Shown in pieces: positions 1 through 11,634 of a stretch of 64,000 bases of DNA; the first letter of the stretch is position 1, and every line of letters begins with the position of its first letter. The translations under genes and the position numbers were made by a program. This stretch comes from Elusimicrobiota bacterium (GTDB taxonomy: Bacteria; Elusimicrobiota; Elusimicrobia; Elusimicrobiales; UBA9959): the NCBI GenBank assembly GCA_036574205.1, contig JAINCQ010000028.1:103554-167553 (forward strand). Reading direction: 5' to 3'. The notes below the pieces were generated by a model. It was not told the origin of the DNA, did not search any database, and saw only the letters and a program-made list of their open reading frames with translations.

Positions 1-9
1 GGTTGCTTG

Positions 10-1431
10 ATGGCTAATTTATTAAAAGAAATAACTTTTGGAACTGATGGTTTCAGGGGAGTTATAGGCGGCGAATTTAATTACGAAAATATAAGAAAAA
101 TAGCTCAGGGCTTTTCTGACTGGCTTGCTTACAAAAAATTTAAGGGGCCAGGGTTTAAAGTTTTTGTGGGATATGATAGAAGGTTTCTTTCGGATAAATT
201 TGCAAGAGAATTTGCTATTGTTCTTGTAAATAATGATATTGATTGTACTCTTTCTAAGACTCCTGTCCCAACCCCAATGGTGAGTTATCTTACGACTAAA
301 GATTATACGTTTGGTATTATGATAACAGCAAGCCACAATAATTATATTTATAACGGGGTAAAAATAAAATATAAAGGACAAAGTATTGCCCCACATATGA
401 CTGCCGAGATAGAAGTTTATGTAGCTAAAAATTTTAAGAGCTATGTTTCACGAATTCCTAAAAAAAGCATTTTAGAAATTGATCTTAGAAAGGAGTATAC
501 TGATTATATTGATAAAAAGTTTAATTTGAGAAGTATTTTTTCTAAAATAAAAGGCAAAGTGGTTTTTGACCTTATGTTTGGCTCATCAGCAGAAGTTTTT
601 AATATGGTTTTTGATGGGTTTAAAAATATAGTTACTATAAATTCAGAGCATGATCCACTTTTTGGAGAGTATGGTTCGCCTGAACCTGTAGAGAAAAGAC
701 TTATGAGGCTTAAGGAAGAGGTGAAAAAGCAAAAAGCCATTTGTGGATTTGCGCTTGATGGAGATGGTGATAGATTTGCTGTTATAGATGAATATGGAAA
801 TTATCTTTCTCCTGCTCAAATAGCCCCAATGTTCCTTGAATATCTTATAAATTTCAAGAAGATGAAGGGCAGGGTGGTTCAGGCGGTTTCTTTAGGTTTT
901 TTGACTCAAAGAATAGCAAGAGCAAATAATCTACTTTTTGAATTTGTCCCGGTTGGATTTAAATACATAGCATCAAGAATATCAGATGGAGGAGTATTAT
1001 TTGGTGCGGAAGAATCAGGAGGATATTCGTGGCATGGAAATATTCCAGAGAGAGATGGGATTATATCTTCATTAATGATACTTGAGATGGTTGTTAATTT
1101 AAAGAAAAGTGTAAGGGAGATTTATCGTGATATAGAAAAAAAATATGGAAGTTCAAGTTTTATTAGAGAGGATTTTCCGATATCTAAGATTACTAATTCT
1201 AAATATTCCTTTGCAATGAAGATAAAATCAAAACTTCCTAAAACTATTATGGGTAAAGCTATAGGAGAAATTATAACCTTTGATGGGATAAGGGTAATTC
1301 TTGAAAATGATTGGTGGTTTCTTATAAGACCAAGCGGCACAGAGCCGCTTTTGAGAATATATGTTGAAACTGATAATTTGAAAAATTCAAATGCTTTAAT
1401 GAAATTTGCAAAGAGCCTTTCCGTTTTTTGA
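10..1431 (+). CDS. Phosphoglucomutase/phosphomannomutase family protein
   Basis: FGTDGFRG, phosphoserine loop TASHN, metal loop DGDGDR, sugar-binding GAEESGG, C-terminal RPSGTEP. ATG at 10 is preferred over TTG at 7. Confidence 0.93.
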   Translation: MANLLKEITFGTDGFRGVIGGEFNYENIRKIAQGFSDWLAYKKFKGPGFKVFVGYDRRFLSDKFAREFAIVLVNNDIDCTLSKTPVPTPMVSYLTTKDYTFGIMITASHNNYIYNGVKIKYKGQSIAPHMTAEIEVYVAKNFKSYVSRIPKKSILEIDLRKEYTDYIDKKFNLRSIFSKIKGKVVFDLMFGSSAEVFNMVFDGFKNIVTINSEHDPLFGEYGSPEPVEKRLMRLKEEVKKQKAICGFALDGDGDRFAVIDEYGNYLSPAQIAPMFLEYLINFKKMKGRVVQAVSLGFLTQRIARANNLLFEFVPVGFKYIASRISDGGVLFGAEESGGYSWHGNIPERDGIISSLMILEMVVNLKKSVREIYRDIEKKYGSSSFIREDFPISKITNSKYSFAMKIKSKLPKTIMGKAIGEIITFDGIRVILENDWWFLIRPSGTEPLLRIYVETDNLKNSNALMKFAKSLSVF

Positions 1432-1455
1432 TTTGTAAATGGAGCAGGAGGAATT

Positions 1456-2655
1456 ATGAATAGAGGTAATAAGCTTATATCGTCTGAGTCTGTTACTGAA
1501 GGACATCCTGATAAGGTATGCGATCAGATATCTGATGCTGTGCTTGATAATGTGATTATAAATGACGAAAAAAGAGAGTTTGCAAGAGTTGCGTGTGAAA
1601 CTTTTATCACTCGTGGAATGGTTATAGTGGGTGGAGAGATTACAACCGGAGCCTGGGTTGATGTTGAGGAATTAGTGAGAAAAGTTGTTAAGGATATCGG
1701 ATATACTGACAATAGATATGGTTTTAATTATGAAAACTGCGCTGTATTAAATTGTATAGGGAGGCAATCTCCTGATATAGCCCAGGGCGTTAATAGAGGT
1801 GGAGCGGGTGATCAAGGGTTGATGGTTGGATATGCCTGTGATGAAACACCACAGTTTATGCCGCTTCCAATAATGCTTGCGCATAAACTTGTGATGAGGC
1901 TTAAAGAGGTTAGAGAAAAAAAGATTCTTGATTATTTAGGTCCTGATGGAAAATCTCAGGTGACAGTTGAGTATAAAGACGGAAAACCATACAGGATAGA
2001 TGCTGTTGTGCTTTCTACCCAGCATCTTGATACCATATTGGATTCATCGGGCGAGCAAATAACCAGGCAAGCACGTGATGAAATAGAAAAGCATATAATA
2101 GATCATGTTCTTAAAGATAGTGGACTTATGTATGAATCCACAAAAATATTTATTAATCCAACTGGAAAATTTGTTGTTGGTGGTCCGCAATCAGATACCG
2201 GAATGACCGGAAGAAAAATAATAGTTGATACATATGGTGGTATAGCCCCTCATGGTGGGGGAGCTTTTTCAGGTAAAGATCCAACTAAAGTTGACAGATC
2301 CGCAGCATATATGGCAAGATATATAGCAAAAAATATAGTTGCCAGTGGTGCTGCGAAAGAATGTACTGTTCAGATAGCCTATGCAATAGGGGTTGCTGAG
2401 CCAGTTGGTCTTTATATAGATACTCATGGCACAGGTCAGATTGATGATCAGGATCTTGTGAAAATAGTAAAAAAGAATTTTGATTTAACACCAAGAGGAA
2501 TAATAAGGGATCTTAACCTTTTAAGACCTATTTACAGGAAAACGGCGGCATTTGGCCATTTTGGGAGGGAGCTTGAAGAATTTAGCTGGGAAAAAACTGA
2601 TAAAAAACATATATTTGATGGGAAAAAGGTTGAGAAAAGAAGCGCTAAACTTTAA
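1456..2655 (+). CDS. metK: S-adenosylmethionine synthetase
   Basis: [26 protein letters not shown] and AAFGHFGR signatures; AGGAGG RBS. Confidence 0.99.
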   Translation: MNRGNKLISSESVTEGHPDKVCDQISDAVLDNVIINDEKREFARVACETFITRGMVIVGGEITTGAWVDVEELVRKVVKDIGYTDNRYGFNYENCAVLNCIGRQSPDIAQGVNRGGAGDQGLMVGYACDETPQFMPLPIMLAHKLVMRLKEVREKKILDYLGPDGKSQVTVEYKDGKPYRIDAVVLSTQHLDTILDSSGEQITRQARDEIEKHIIDHVLKDSGLMYESTKIFINPTGKFVVGGPQSDTGMTGRKIIVDTYGGIAPHGGGAFSGKDPTKVDRSAAYMARYIAKNIVASGAAKECTVQIAYAIGVAEPVGLYIDTHGTGQIDDQDLVKIVKKNFDLTPRGIIRDLNLLRPIYRKTAAFGHFGRELEEFSWEKTDKKHIFDGKKVEKRSAKL

Positions 2656-3930
<1,275 letters not shown>

Positions 3931-3941
3931 AGGGGGAATAT

Positions 3942-4286
3942 ATGAGGTTCTTTATAGTAGAGGATAATTCTTACACTGCTTTAACTGTAAGGATAGCTCT
4001 TGAAAAAATGGGGCATGAGGTTATTGGAAATGCTGAAAACTCGGAGGAGGCAATTGAAAAAATAATGAAAACTGATTTTGATGCTCTTCTTTTAGATCTT
4101 CTTCTGCCCGGTGAAAGTGGCATTAAGGTGCTTGATAATCTTAACAAAAAGGTTAAGGTTATTGCAATGACTGCGCTTGAGCAGGATAAGATAGATGAGG
4201 AGCTTAATAAAAGAAAAGTTGATTTTATTTTGAGAAAACCATTTTCATATGAGGATCTTGAAAAAGCTGTCAAAAAAATTGTATGA
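3942..4286 (+). CDS. Single-domain response regulator (CheY-like receiver)
   Basis: 114 aa; IVED acidic pocket, LLDLLLP phospho-Asp, conserved T (AMTA) and RKPF. Confidence 0.9.
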   Translation: MRFFIVEDNSYTALTVRIALEKMGHEVIGNAENSEEAIEKIMKTDFDALLLDLLLPGESGIKVLDNLNKKVKVIAMTALEQDKIDEELNKRKVDFILRKPFSYEDLEKAVKKIV

Positions 4287-4828
4287 AAGAAAAAATAGAA
4301 TTGATAGAGGATATTGTTCAAAATGGGCTTAACAGCTCTATTGATAGAATAAACAGAATTTCTTCTTTTAAATGGGAAATAAAAGATATAGAATTTAAAC
4401 TTTCTAAAGATGACTTTGATTGTATTTGTGTTTATCTAATCGCATCTAATTTTAATAAAATAGCCTTTTCGCTTTTTATAAAAACCTCAGATTTGCCTGC
4501 GCTGTTTAAAGATTTTTCAGGTCATTTATCCAACTATCTGATGAGGATTCCAAAGGTATATGAGGTACTGGCATCTGAGATAGGAAATATTATAATGAAC
4601 TCTGTTTTAAGTGAACTGGCTAATAGAATGAATAAAGCCATAATCCCTGATGTGCCAAGAACACTTTCAGGTTCAAAATCTTTTCTTCTTGAAAATATCT
4701 CCGCAATGATAGAGGAAAATAAAAATAAAACTGTTATATCCTCGGTGGTATCAGTTAAAACAGAACAGAAGAATGTTAAAATAGAATTATATTTCTTTTT
4801 TGAAAATGATATTATGGACAATATATGA
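4283..4828 (+). CDS. CheC-like phosphatase family protein
   Basis: SEIGNII matches the E-x2-N CheC/CheX motif, followed by a P-x-x-P segment; overlaps the receiver gene (ATGA). Confidence 0.65.
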   Translation: MKEKIELIEDIVQNGLNSSIDRINRISSFKWEIKDIEFKLSKDDFDCICVYLIASNFNKIAFSLFIKTSDLPALFKDFSGHLSNYLMRIPKVYEVLASEIGNIIMNSVLSELANRMNKAIIPDVPRTLSGSKSFLLENISAMIEENKNKTVISSVVSVKTEQKNVKIELYFFFENDIMDNI

Positions 4829-5310
4829 TTAAATTTTTTTGCTTGATTTTTATTTCACAGGCATTAAATGCACAAAATTTTACTTTTTCTCTTGAGAAAA
4901 GCAAAATTGGAATAAAAGCCAAGCCAAAATATGATACGGTTAGCAGTGTGATCATCAATTCAAATAACGTTAAACATAATTACAGGATAAAGATAACTGC
5001 CAGAAATGATACAAAAAAAGATATTACAGCCATAATATTAAGATATTCTTTTAAATTGACTCTCAAAAAACACGAGAAAATAATTCAAACAATTTCTCTT
5101 TATTCAAGTGGTTTAAGAATTTCTGAAATTAAGGCAGGAAAAGAAAAGGTTGTTTTTATATACGAATTAAAGAATGTATTTGATCAATTAAAAAGATTTC
5201 TTGAAAGCGGATATGAACCGCTTGATCTTGTTGTTGATATTATGAAAGAGCCAAAAAGAAATGAGGATTTTGTTTCTTATTCGGTTGCTTTCCCGTTGAA
5301 GGTTGATTAA
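4825..5310 (+). CDS. Hypothetical exported protein
   Basis: ATGA overlap with the previous gene; short hydrophobic N-terminus ending ALNA. Confidence 0.65.
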   Translation: MIKFFCLIFISQALNAQNFTFSLEKSKIGIKAKPKYDTVSSVIINSNNVKHNYRIKITARNDTKKDITAIILRYSFKLTLKKHEKIIQTISLYSSGLRISEIKAGKEKVVFIYELKNVFDQLKRFLESGYEPLDLVVDIMKEPKRNEDFVSYSVAFPLKVD

Positions 5311-5344
5311 AATCAGTTTGAAATCAATTTTTTTGTGAGGTTAT

Positions 5345-6619
5345 ATGATAGATATAAAAATAATTAGAAATTCTCCTGAAATGGTTAAAGATTCCATAGT
5401 TAAAAGAGGCGGGAGATATTTAAAAACATTTGAAGAACTTATTGAAAAAGATGAAAAATGGAGGCAATCTCTTAAAGAAGTTGAGGAACTTAGAAATAAA
5501 AGAAATGAAGTAGCAAAAAAAATATCTTCTTATAAGGTAAAAAAGACCGAACCTCCCAAAGAATTTCTGGATGAGGCAGCAAATATAAAAGCTACCATAG
5601 CTAGAAAAGAAGAGAATTTGAAGGTATTTGAAAATGAAGTATCTCAACTGCTTCTTTCTATTCCAAATATAATAGATTCAACTGTGCCTACTGGAAATAG
5701 CGAAGAAGATAACAAAGTAGTTTATGAAGATATTTCCAATAAAAGAGAATTTTCTTTTAAACCACTTAGCCATTATGAAATAGGTGAGAAACTTTCAATA
5801 CTTGATTTTGATTGCGCAGCAAAGCTTAGCGGATCAAGGTTTGCTCTTCTTAAAGGAAAAGGTGCAAAGCTTGAGCGCGCTTTAATACAGTTTATGCTTG
5901 ATCTTCATACTCAAAATGGATATACTGAAATATTTCCTCCGTTTCTGGTTACAAGAAAAACCATGACTGGAACTGGTCAACTTCCAAAATTTGAAGAAGA
6001 TCTTTATAAAGTTGTTTCTGATCCTGAGCTATTTTTAATACCTACGGCTGAGGTCCCATTAACCAATATGTATATGGATAGTGTAATTGATGAAGAACTT
6101 CTTCCACTTAAATTTACAGCATATACCGCTTGCTTTAGACAGGAAGCAGGTAGTTATGGAAAAGATACTAAAGGGCTTATACGAAATCATCAGTTTAACA
6201 AAGTTGAGCTTGTATGGATTACAACACCGGATTACTCAATGACTGCTCTTGAAAAAATGAGAGAGGATGCTGAATTAGTTCTAAAACTTTTGAAACTTCC
6301 TTATAGAGTTATTGAGCTTTGTTCATTTGATCTTGGATTTGCTTCATCAAAGACTTATGATCTTGAGGTGTGGTTACCCTCAGAAAAGAGGTTCAGGGAA
6401 ATATCCTCCTGCTCAAATTGCAAAGATTTTCAGGCACGAAGGATGAATACTAAATTTAAAAATTCTATGGGTAAGCTTGAATATGTTCATACACTTAATG
6501 GATCAGGACTTGCCGTTGGAAGAACATTTGCTGCTATACTTGAAAATTATCAAAATTCAGATGGTAGCGTAACTGTGCCTGAGGTTTTAAGAAAATACAC
6601 AGGGTTTGATAAAATATGA
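5345..6619 (+). CDS. serS: Seryl-tRNA synthetase
   Basis: N-terminal coiled coil, LIPTAEV, motif 2 FRQEAG...RNHQFNKVE, EISSCSNC, HTLNGSGLAVGR. Confidence 0.99.
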   Translation: MIDIKIIRNSPEMVKDSIVKRGGRYLKTFEELIEKDEKWRQSLKEVEELRNKRNEVAKKISSYKVKKTEPPKEFLDEAANIKATIARKEENLKVFENEVSQLLLSIPNIIDSTVPTGNSEEDNKVVYEDISNKREFSFKPLSHYEIGEKLSILDFDCAAKLSGSRFALLKGKGAKLERALIQFMLDLHTQNGYTEIFPPFLVTRKTMTGTGQLPKFEEDLYKVVSDPELFLIPTAEVPLTNMYMDSVIDEELLPLKFTAYTACFRQEAGSYGKDTKGLIRNHQFNKVELVWITTPDYSMTALEKMREDAELVLKLLKLPYRVIELCSFDLGFASSKTYDLEVWLPSEKRFREISSCSNCKDFQARRMNTKFKNSMGKLEYVHTLNGSGLAVGRTFAAILENYQNSDGSVTVPEVLRKYTGFDKI

Positions 6620-7818
6620 TATCCTTATTTAAATTTAATTTTATAACTTTGCTTTTTTTATTCATTTTTAAATCTATTGCTTTGCCTCAGTTTATCACAA
6701 AAGATAATAAAGAGATAATGGAAAAGGCTTATGAAGGTATAGAGTATATATACAAAGTAAAACCTCAAAAAGCTGCAGAAAAATTTAAGCAATTGATTAC
6801 AAAATATCCTGCTCATCCATTTGGCCACTTCGGGCTTGCAATGAGCAAATGGGCAGAGCTTGAATATCTTGAGGAAGAATCCTCCCCGAAGCTTTATGAG
6901 GAATATCATAATTTGACTGAAAAAGCGATAGAGGTTGGAAAGAGATGGGTTGAAAATAACCCTGATGATGCAAACGCCTATATGTGTCTTGGAGGAACAT
7001 ACGGACTTGGGGCGAGGTTATATGTAATGCAACACAGCTGGCTTAAAGCATATTTAAGCGGAAGAAAAGCAGTTAAATATATGAAAAAATCTCTTGAAAT
7101 TGATCCGGAACTTTATGATGCATATTTAGGTCTTGGGCTTTGGGAATATTCAGCAGGGACTTTGCCAGGTGTTATAAAATGGCTTGCGAAACTTATAACA
7201 GGCGGTGATGCTAAAAAAGGAATAGATTATCTGAAATTATGCGCTGAAAAAGGTAGATTTAATGTTACAGCGTCCAAACTTTTACTTATTGAAATATGGA
7301 CACAAACTGATAGTAAGTATTCTAATCCAAAATTGGCAGTTCAATGGGCAAAGGAGCTTATTAAAAAATATCCCAATCTTGCGCAGATGCAGTTTGTTCT
7401 TATAGTTGCATTATATGAAGCAAAAGAATATGATGAGGCTGAGAAGGAAATGCTTGAATATGAAAGAAGAATATCAGAAGGGATGGAGAGCTATTACCCG
7501 AAGTTTTACCCAAGGATTTATGTTTCCCTTGGAACTTTATATATGATGAGAAGTAACTATGATAAGGCGCTTGATTATTTTTCAAAAGCCAGAGATTTTA
7601 TAAAAAAAGAAGAACATCCAACAAGATGGTCTGTCTGGGGAGTGGCAAGAATTGGAAATATCTATGATTTGAAAGGTATGAGAGAAAAGGCTATTGAGGC
7701 ATATAAAGAAGCGCTTGGATATAAAGATCAGTGGGGTTTTAAGGAATATATAGAGCAATACTTAAAAAAACCTTTTTCTCTTTCAATGTATATAGCAACT
7801 CAACTTCCTCCACCTTAA
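6616..7818 (+). CDS. Tetratricopeptide-repeat exported protein
   Basis: Signal-like N-terminus; TPR-like helices (AYLGLG, YVSLGTLY...YDKALDYF, IGNIYDLKG.REKAIEAY). Confidence 0.8.
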   Translation: MISLFKFNFITLLFLFIFKSIALPQFITKDNKEIMEKAYEGIEYIYKVKPQKAAEKFKQLITKYPAHPFGHFGLAMSKWAELEYLEEESSPKLYEEYHNLTEKAIEVGKRWVENNPDDANAYMCLGGTYGLGARLYVMQHSWLKAYLSGRKAVKYMKKSLEIDPELYDAYLGLGLWEYSAGTLPGVIKWLAKLITGGDAKKGIDYLKLCAEKGRFNVTASKLLLIEIWTQTDSKYSNPKLAVQWAKELIKKYPNLAQMQFVLIVALYEAKEYDEAEKEMLEYERRISEGMESYYPKFYPRIYVSLGTLYMMRSNYDKALDYFSKARDFIKKEEHPTRWSVWGVARIGNIYDLKGMREKAIEAYKEALGYKDQWGFKEYIEQYLKKPFSLSMYIATQLPPP

Positions 7819-7825
7819 AGAAAAT

Positions 7826-8254
7826 ATGAACTTAGAAGTTTCTTTATATCTTTTTGTAGCAATAATATGCTGGGGGTTTGGCGCTATATTTGACAAACTT
7901 ACACTGCGATATTTTGATCCAGTATCTGCTTTTTATTCAAGAACTTTTATTATAATTGTCTTTTTTTCTATTTTTGTCTCAACAAGATTTTTAAAAACCA
8001 TTAATGACTTAAAAATAGCTTCAAAGTCAGGTTTGATTTATATATCTTTGAGCGTTATAGTTGCTATGGTTGGAGTTTTTGCGTATTTAAAGGCGATGAG
8101 TTTTTCGGAAGCTTCAAGAATAGTGCCTATCTCATCTACTTATCCCCTTGTGACTTTTATAATTGCCGTTTTATTTCTTGGTGAAAGTTTCACATTAACA
8201 AAACTAATAGGTACAATTTTTGTAATACTTGGAGTATATTTTATTTCAAAATAA
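7826..8254 (+). CDS. EamA/DMT family single-domain transporter
   Basis: About 5 TM helices; WGFGAIFDK, ASRIVPI and LFLGE motifs. Confidence 0.85.
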   Translation: MNLEVSLYLFVAIICWGFGAIFDKLTLRYFDPVSAFYSRTFIIIVFFSIFVSTRFLKTINDLKIASKSGLIYISLSVIVAMVGVFAYLKAMSFSEASRIVPISSTYPLVTFIIAVLFLGESFTLTKLIGTIFVILGVYFISK

Positions 8255-8257
8255 CAT

Positions 8258-8533
8258 ATGTCAATTGTTACAATAAAAGTTTATACCACATTAAAGGAAA
8301 AACTTGGTTTTGATCAAAAAGAGGTTGAAGCCATAAATTTAAAACAGGCTATTTTAAAAGTTATTTCAAATAATAAAGAAGTTAAAAAAATTCTTTTTGA
8401 AAGTCCATATAAAATTAAGAACTATTTTGTAATCACATTAAACTCTGAAGTTATTGATAACTCAAAGATATCCAGAATTAAATTATCAAAAGGAGATATA
8501 ATAAACATATTTCCACCTGTTTCAGGAGGATAA
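8258..8533 (+). CDS. MoaD/ThiS/SAMP-like ubiquitin-fold sulfur carrier
   Basis: 91 aa ending GD-I-x-IFPPVSGG (C-terminal diglycine). Confidence 0.9.
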   Translation: MSIVTIKVYTTLKEKLGFDQKEVEAINLKQAILKVISNNKEVKKILFESPYKIKNYFVITLNSEVIDNSKISRIKLSKGDIINIFPPVSGG

Positions 8534-8534
8534 T

Positions 8535-9383
8535 GTGGAGGATATTTTAAAAATACAAAAAAATGAGATAACCGAACATTATGTATATGCTAAACTTGCG
8601 GAGATTGTAAAAAAAGATGAGCATAAAAAAATACTTTTACAAATTTCAAAAGATGAACTTGAACATTATAATATATTGAAGGAAATAACCTCCAAGGAAG
8701 TTGAACCATCTAAAATAAAAATATATTTATATACAATTATCTCTCAATTGTTAGGACTTAATTTTGGACTTAAACTTATGGAGAGAAACGAAGTGGGTGC
8801 TGAGGAAATTTATAAAAAAAGCTCAAATATAAAATTAAGAAAACTTATGGAATATGAAAAAGAACATGAGAATAAATTAATATCTATGATAGATGAAGAG
8901 ATTCTTAATTATGTAAGCTCCATAGTTTTAGGCTTAAATGATGCTCTTGTTGAATTAAGTGGCGCTCTTACTGGATTTACACTTGCGCTTGGCAACTCAA
9001 AGATAGTTGCAATAGTTGGATTTATTACAGGTTTTGCCGCAAGCCTTTCTATGGGGGTTTCCAATTACCTTTCAATTAAAAATGATACTGATTTGAATAA
9101 ACATCCAATAAAATCTGCTTTTTATACTTTTGGTGCCTATCTTTTTACTGTAATTATTCTTATAACTCCATATTTTTTGTTTTCAAATGTTTATATATCC
9201 CTTTCAGCGGTTATAATTATGGTTATTGTAATTATAGCTATTTTTAATTTTTACACTGCTATAGCAAGAAATCTTAATTTCAAAAAAAGATTTTTTGAAA
9301 TGATTTCTTTAAGCATGTCTGTTGCTTTTATTAATTACATAATTGGGTATATAATAAAACAAAACTTTAATATTGATGTTTAG
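8535..9383 (+). CDS. Rubrerythrin-like domain fused to VIT1/CCC1 transporter
   Basis: N-terminal ExxH di-iron motifs (DELEH, EKEHE); IVLGLNDAL and ASLSMGVSNYLS VIT motifs; GTG start. Confidence 0.88.
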   Translation: MEDILKIQKNEITEHYVYAKLAEIVKKDEHKKILLQISKDELEHYNILKEITSKEVEPSKIKIYLYTIISQLLGLNFGLKLMERNEVGAEEIYKKSSNIKLRKLMEYEKEHENKLISMIDEEILNYVSSIVLGLNDALVELSGALTGFTLALGNSKIVAIVGFITGFAASLSMGVSNYLSIKNDTDLNKHPIKSAFYTFGAYLFTVIILITPYFLFSNVYISLSAVIIMVIVIIAIFNFYTAIARNLNFKKRFFEMISLSMSVAFINYIIGYIIKQNFNIDV

Positions 9384-9498
9384 TCTTTCTGCAAAATATC
9401 AGAAACATATTGAACATATTTAAGGTTGGAGAGTCGTAAAATGATATTTGTAAATCTATTGAAAAGTGTGTAATAAAAACAGATATATCTCCAATAGC

Positions 9499-9520
9499 GG
9501 ACTGATCGGGGCGGTCAGTT
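9499..9520. repeat. GC-rich REP-like hairpin, diverged third copy of the CRISPR-trailer hairpin
   Basis: GGACTGATCGGGGCGGTCAGTT versus GGACTGACCGGGGCGGTCAGTC(C) at 36237 and 37990; 20 of 22 positions identical. Confidence 0.8.
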
Positions 9521-9646
9521 GAGGGTGTTTTTTTTAAAAACAACATCCACTAATTTTATACGGTCATAATTAAACTGTGGATAATTGTTTTTTGGATTTT
9601 ACCTTCCTTAGCTGGTCAATCTGTCCCTTCCCCTTTAAATTTATTT

Positions 9647-9683
9647 TCCTCTCCCTTGATGGGAGAGGATTAAGGTGAGGGTG
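9647..9683. repeat. REP-like palindromic element (CCTCTCCC/GGGAGAGG...GGTGAGGG type)
   Basis: TCCTCTCCC-TTGAT-GGGAGAGGA perfect 9-bp stem followed by TTAAGGTGAGGGTG, the layout of a widespread intergenic repeat often seen beside DUF559 nuclease genes. Confidence 0.65.
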
Positions 9684-9755
9684 AAAAAGAAGAGAAGGAA
9701 TTTGACAGTTAAACCGTCACAGAAGGTAATATTGTGGTTAAGCTGTGGAAAGTTG

Positions 9756-9977
9756 TATTTTTGCCATCAGTATCAGAGGTTTAGAAAAAGGGACTGTATA
9801 AAACACCAATGGAGTTATACGGAGATTTTTCCCAAAAAAGACGGATTTTATAAATTATCAGAAGAAAGGTTAAAAGAGGTTGGAACCTGCTTAAAGACAG
9901 ACCCGGAAAATGTCTGGGCTTTAAAACACCAGCAGAAATGTTTAATACTTTTGTTGCACTTATTCCTTGAATCCACC
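9756..9977 (+). mobile_element. IS30-family transposase 3' remnant with right end (pseudogene)
   Basis: Across frameshifts it reads YFCH..., EKGTV*NTNGVIRRFFPKKTDF (catalytic Glu codon is TAA at 9799-9801), RPGKCLGFKTPAEMF...VALIP*, ending GTTGCACTTATTCCTTGAATCCACC like IS30 termini. Confidence 0.88.
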
Positions 9978-10029
9978 AACTCTTACAGGTTATTTACTCT
10001 TTTCTTAAAAGTATGTATAATATGAAAAT

Positions 10030-11180
10030 ATGAAAAAAGTATCGTTTTCTTTAATAAGTGTGTTTATTTTGCCAGTTCTTCTTTTTTCGCAAATAAAAGA
10101 AGACGCTAAAAGCCTTAAAAATGAGTTAAAGAAAGGTTTTTTTTCCACAGATATACAAAAGCCAGTGAAAATTGCAGTGATGGATTTTGATGAGAAGTCT
10201 GAGGATGCAAAAAAATCTAAAGCTGGCGCTGTTTTCCCATCAGCTTTAGCTGAACAGTTTATAAAAGATTCTGATTTTATTGTGGCTGAGAGGCAAAAAC
10301 TTGAAAGTGTATTTAAGGAATTAAAACTTTCTGCTTCTGGGGTGATAGATCAAAAAGAATTAAAAAGAACCGGTTTAATTTTAGGTGTTGATTGGCTTGT
10401 GGTTGGGGATATCTCAGATTCTGGTGAAGATTTTTTGGTTCAGGCAAGGATTGTAAATGTTGAAACAGGAGTTGCTGTTTCAGCTGGTAGTGTTATGATT
10501 GAAAGGACCAGGCTGATAAAAGAAAGCGAGGAGTATTTTTCAAAAAAGTATAGAACTGTATTTTATCTTAGTTATGGTAATCTAAATATAGAAGATATTA
10601 AATTTAACCCAGGTATAATTACTGCACAGATAAGAAGAAAATTCGGTAAAATTATTCATTTGGTTTTGGAATATCTCAAAATCTTGTAGAAAATAAGAAG
10701 GTATACAAAGCAGATATAATTTCCGTCAATTATGTCGGAGGTAATTACAATACTGTTTTCCGTGAAACATTTAAATCTGCTTTTATTCTTAATACAGATA
10801 TAGATTGCACTAAAAAAATAGTTGGCTTAAACTGGAAAGGAGCAATAGGTCTTTCTTTTAATATTCTAACAGCTAAACAAGAATATTTTTCTCCAGATTT
10901 TAGTGGATTTGGAGGTGATGGTAGATTGTCTTATAGAATTCCTGCTTCTTATGACCATAAATATTATGTCCCTTCTTTAGATTTGAAGGCTTCTATTGAA
11001 AAGGAAATTTCTGGTTCTTTTATATTTGGGGTGGAAACGAGGTATTCCTTTATTTCCTTCAAAAGGGAAATGAAGCCGGGAGATGAAAATTCACTTTTAA
11101 AGTCATATGCTGAGACTTTGAATAAGAAAATAAATACTTCAGCTTTTTATATAGGACTTAAAGCAGGTTTTGGGTTTTGA
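10030..11180 (+). pseudogene. CsgG/FlgO-like domain plus C-terminal outer-membrane beta-barrel, split by one -1 frameshift (about 383 aa if repaired)
   Basis: ORF 10030-10689 has a signal peptide and IAVMDF...VAERQKLESVFKELKL...ARIVNVETG. The -1 frame is open from about 10650 into ORF 10926-11180, which ends GLKAGFGF. The shift maps near the A4 run at 10648-10651. Confidence 0.75.
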
Positions 11181-11202
11181 TAATATTGGTTTAAAACTTA
11201 TC

Positions 11203-11619
11203 TTACTCTCCGATAATTTTAATTAAAATTCTTTTTGGCCTTTGTCCGTCAAATTCGCCGTAGAATATCTGCTCCCACGGACCAAAATCAAGTTTCCCAT
11301 TTGTAACCGCCACCACTACTTCCCTTCCCATAATGGTTCTTTTTAGATGCGCATCTCCATTGTCTTCACCGGTTTCATTATGATGATATCCTTGTTTTGA
11401 ATATGGAGCAAGTTTTTCAAGCCATTTTAAAAAATCTTTATGAAGTCCTCTTTCATTATCGTTTATAAATACACTTGCAGTTATATGCATTGCATTTACC
11501 AGACAAAGCCCCTCTTTTATCCCGGATTTTCTTACTTCTTTTTCTACTATATCTGTTATGTTTGTTATCTCATATCTCTCTTTTGTATTCATAGTGATAT
11601 AGGAAGTATGAGATTTCAT
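11203..11619 (-). CDS. yjbQ: YjbQ / UPF0047 family protein
   Basis: [25 protein letters not shown] motifs. Confidence 0.93.
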   Translation of the reverse strand: MKSHTSYITMNTKERYEITNITDIVEKEVRKSGIKEGLCLVNAMHITASVFINDNERGLHKDFLKWLEKLAPYSKQGYHHNETGEDNGDAHLKRTIMGREVVVAVTNGKLDFGPWEQIFYGEFDGQRPKRILIKIIGE

Positions 11620-11634
11620 TGTTCCTCCGGTTTT

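Noticed and set aside
1432..1455. SAM riboswitch upstream of metK
   Set aside because: The intergenic gap is only 24 bp, with no room for an aptamer.
9570..9760. Possible replication origin
   Set aside because: Only one perfect DnaA box, no dnaA/dnaN nearby and no evident switch in gene orientation; cannot be supported without a genome-wide skew.
9675..10025. 116-aa ORF in the ORF track
   Set aside because: It runs through a REP-like element and mixed frames of the decayed IS30 transposase; not a real gene.
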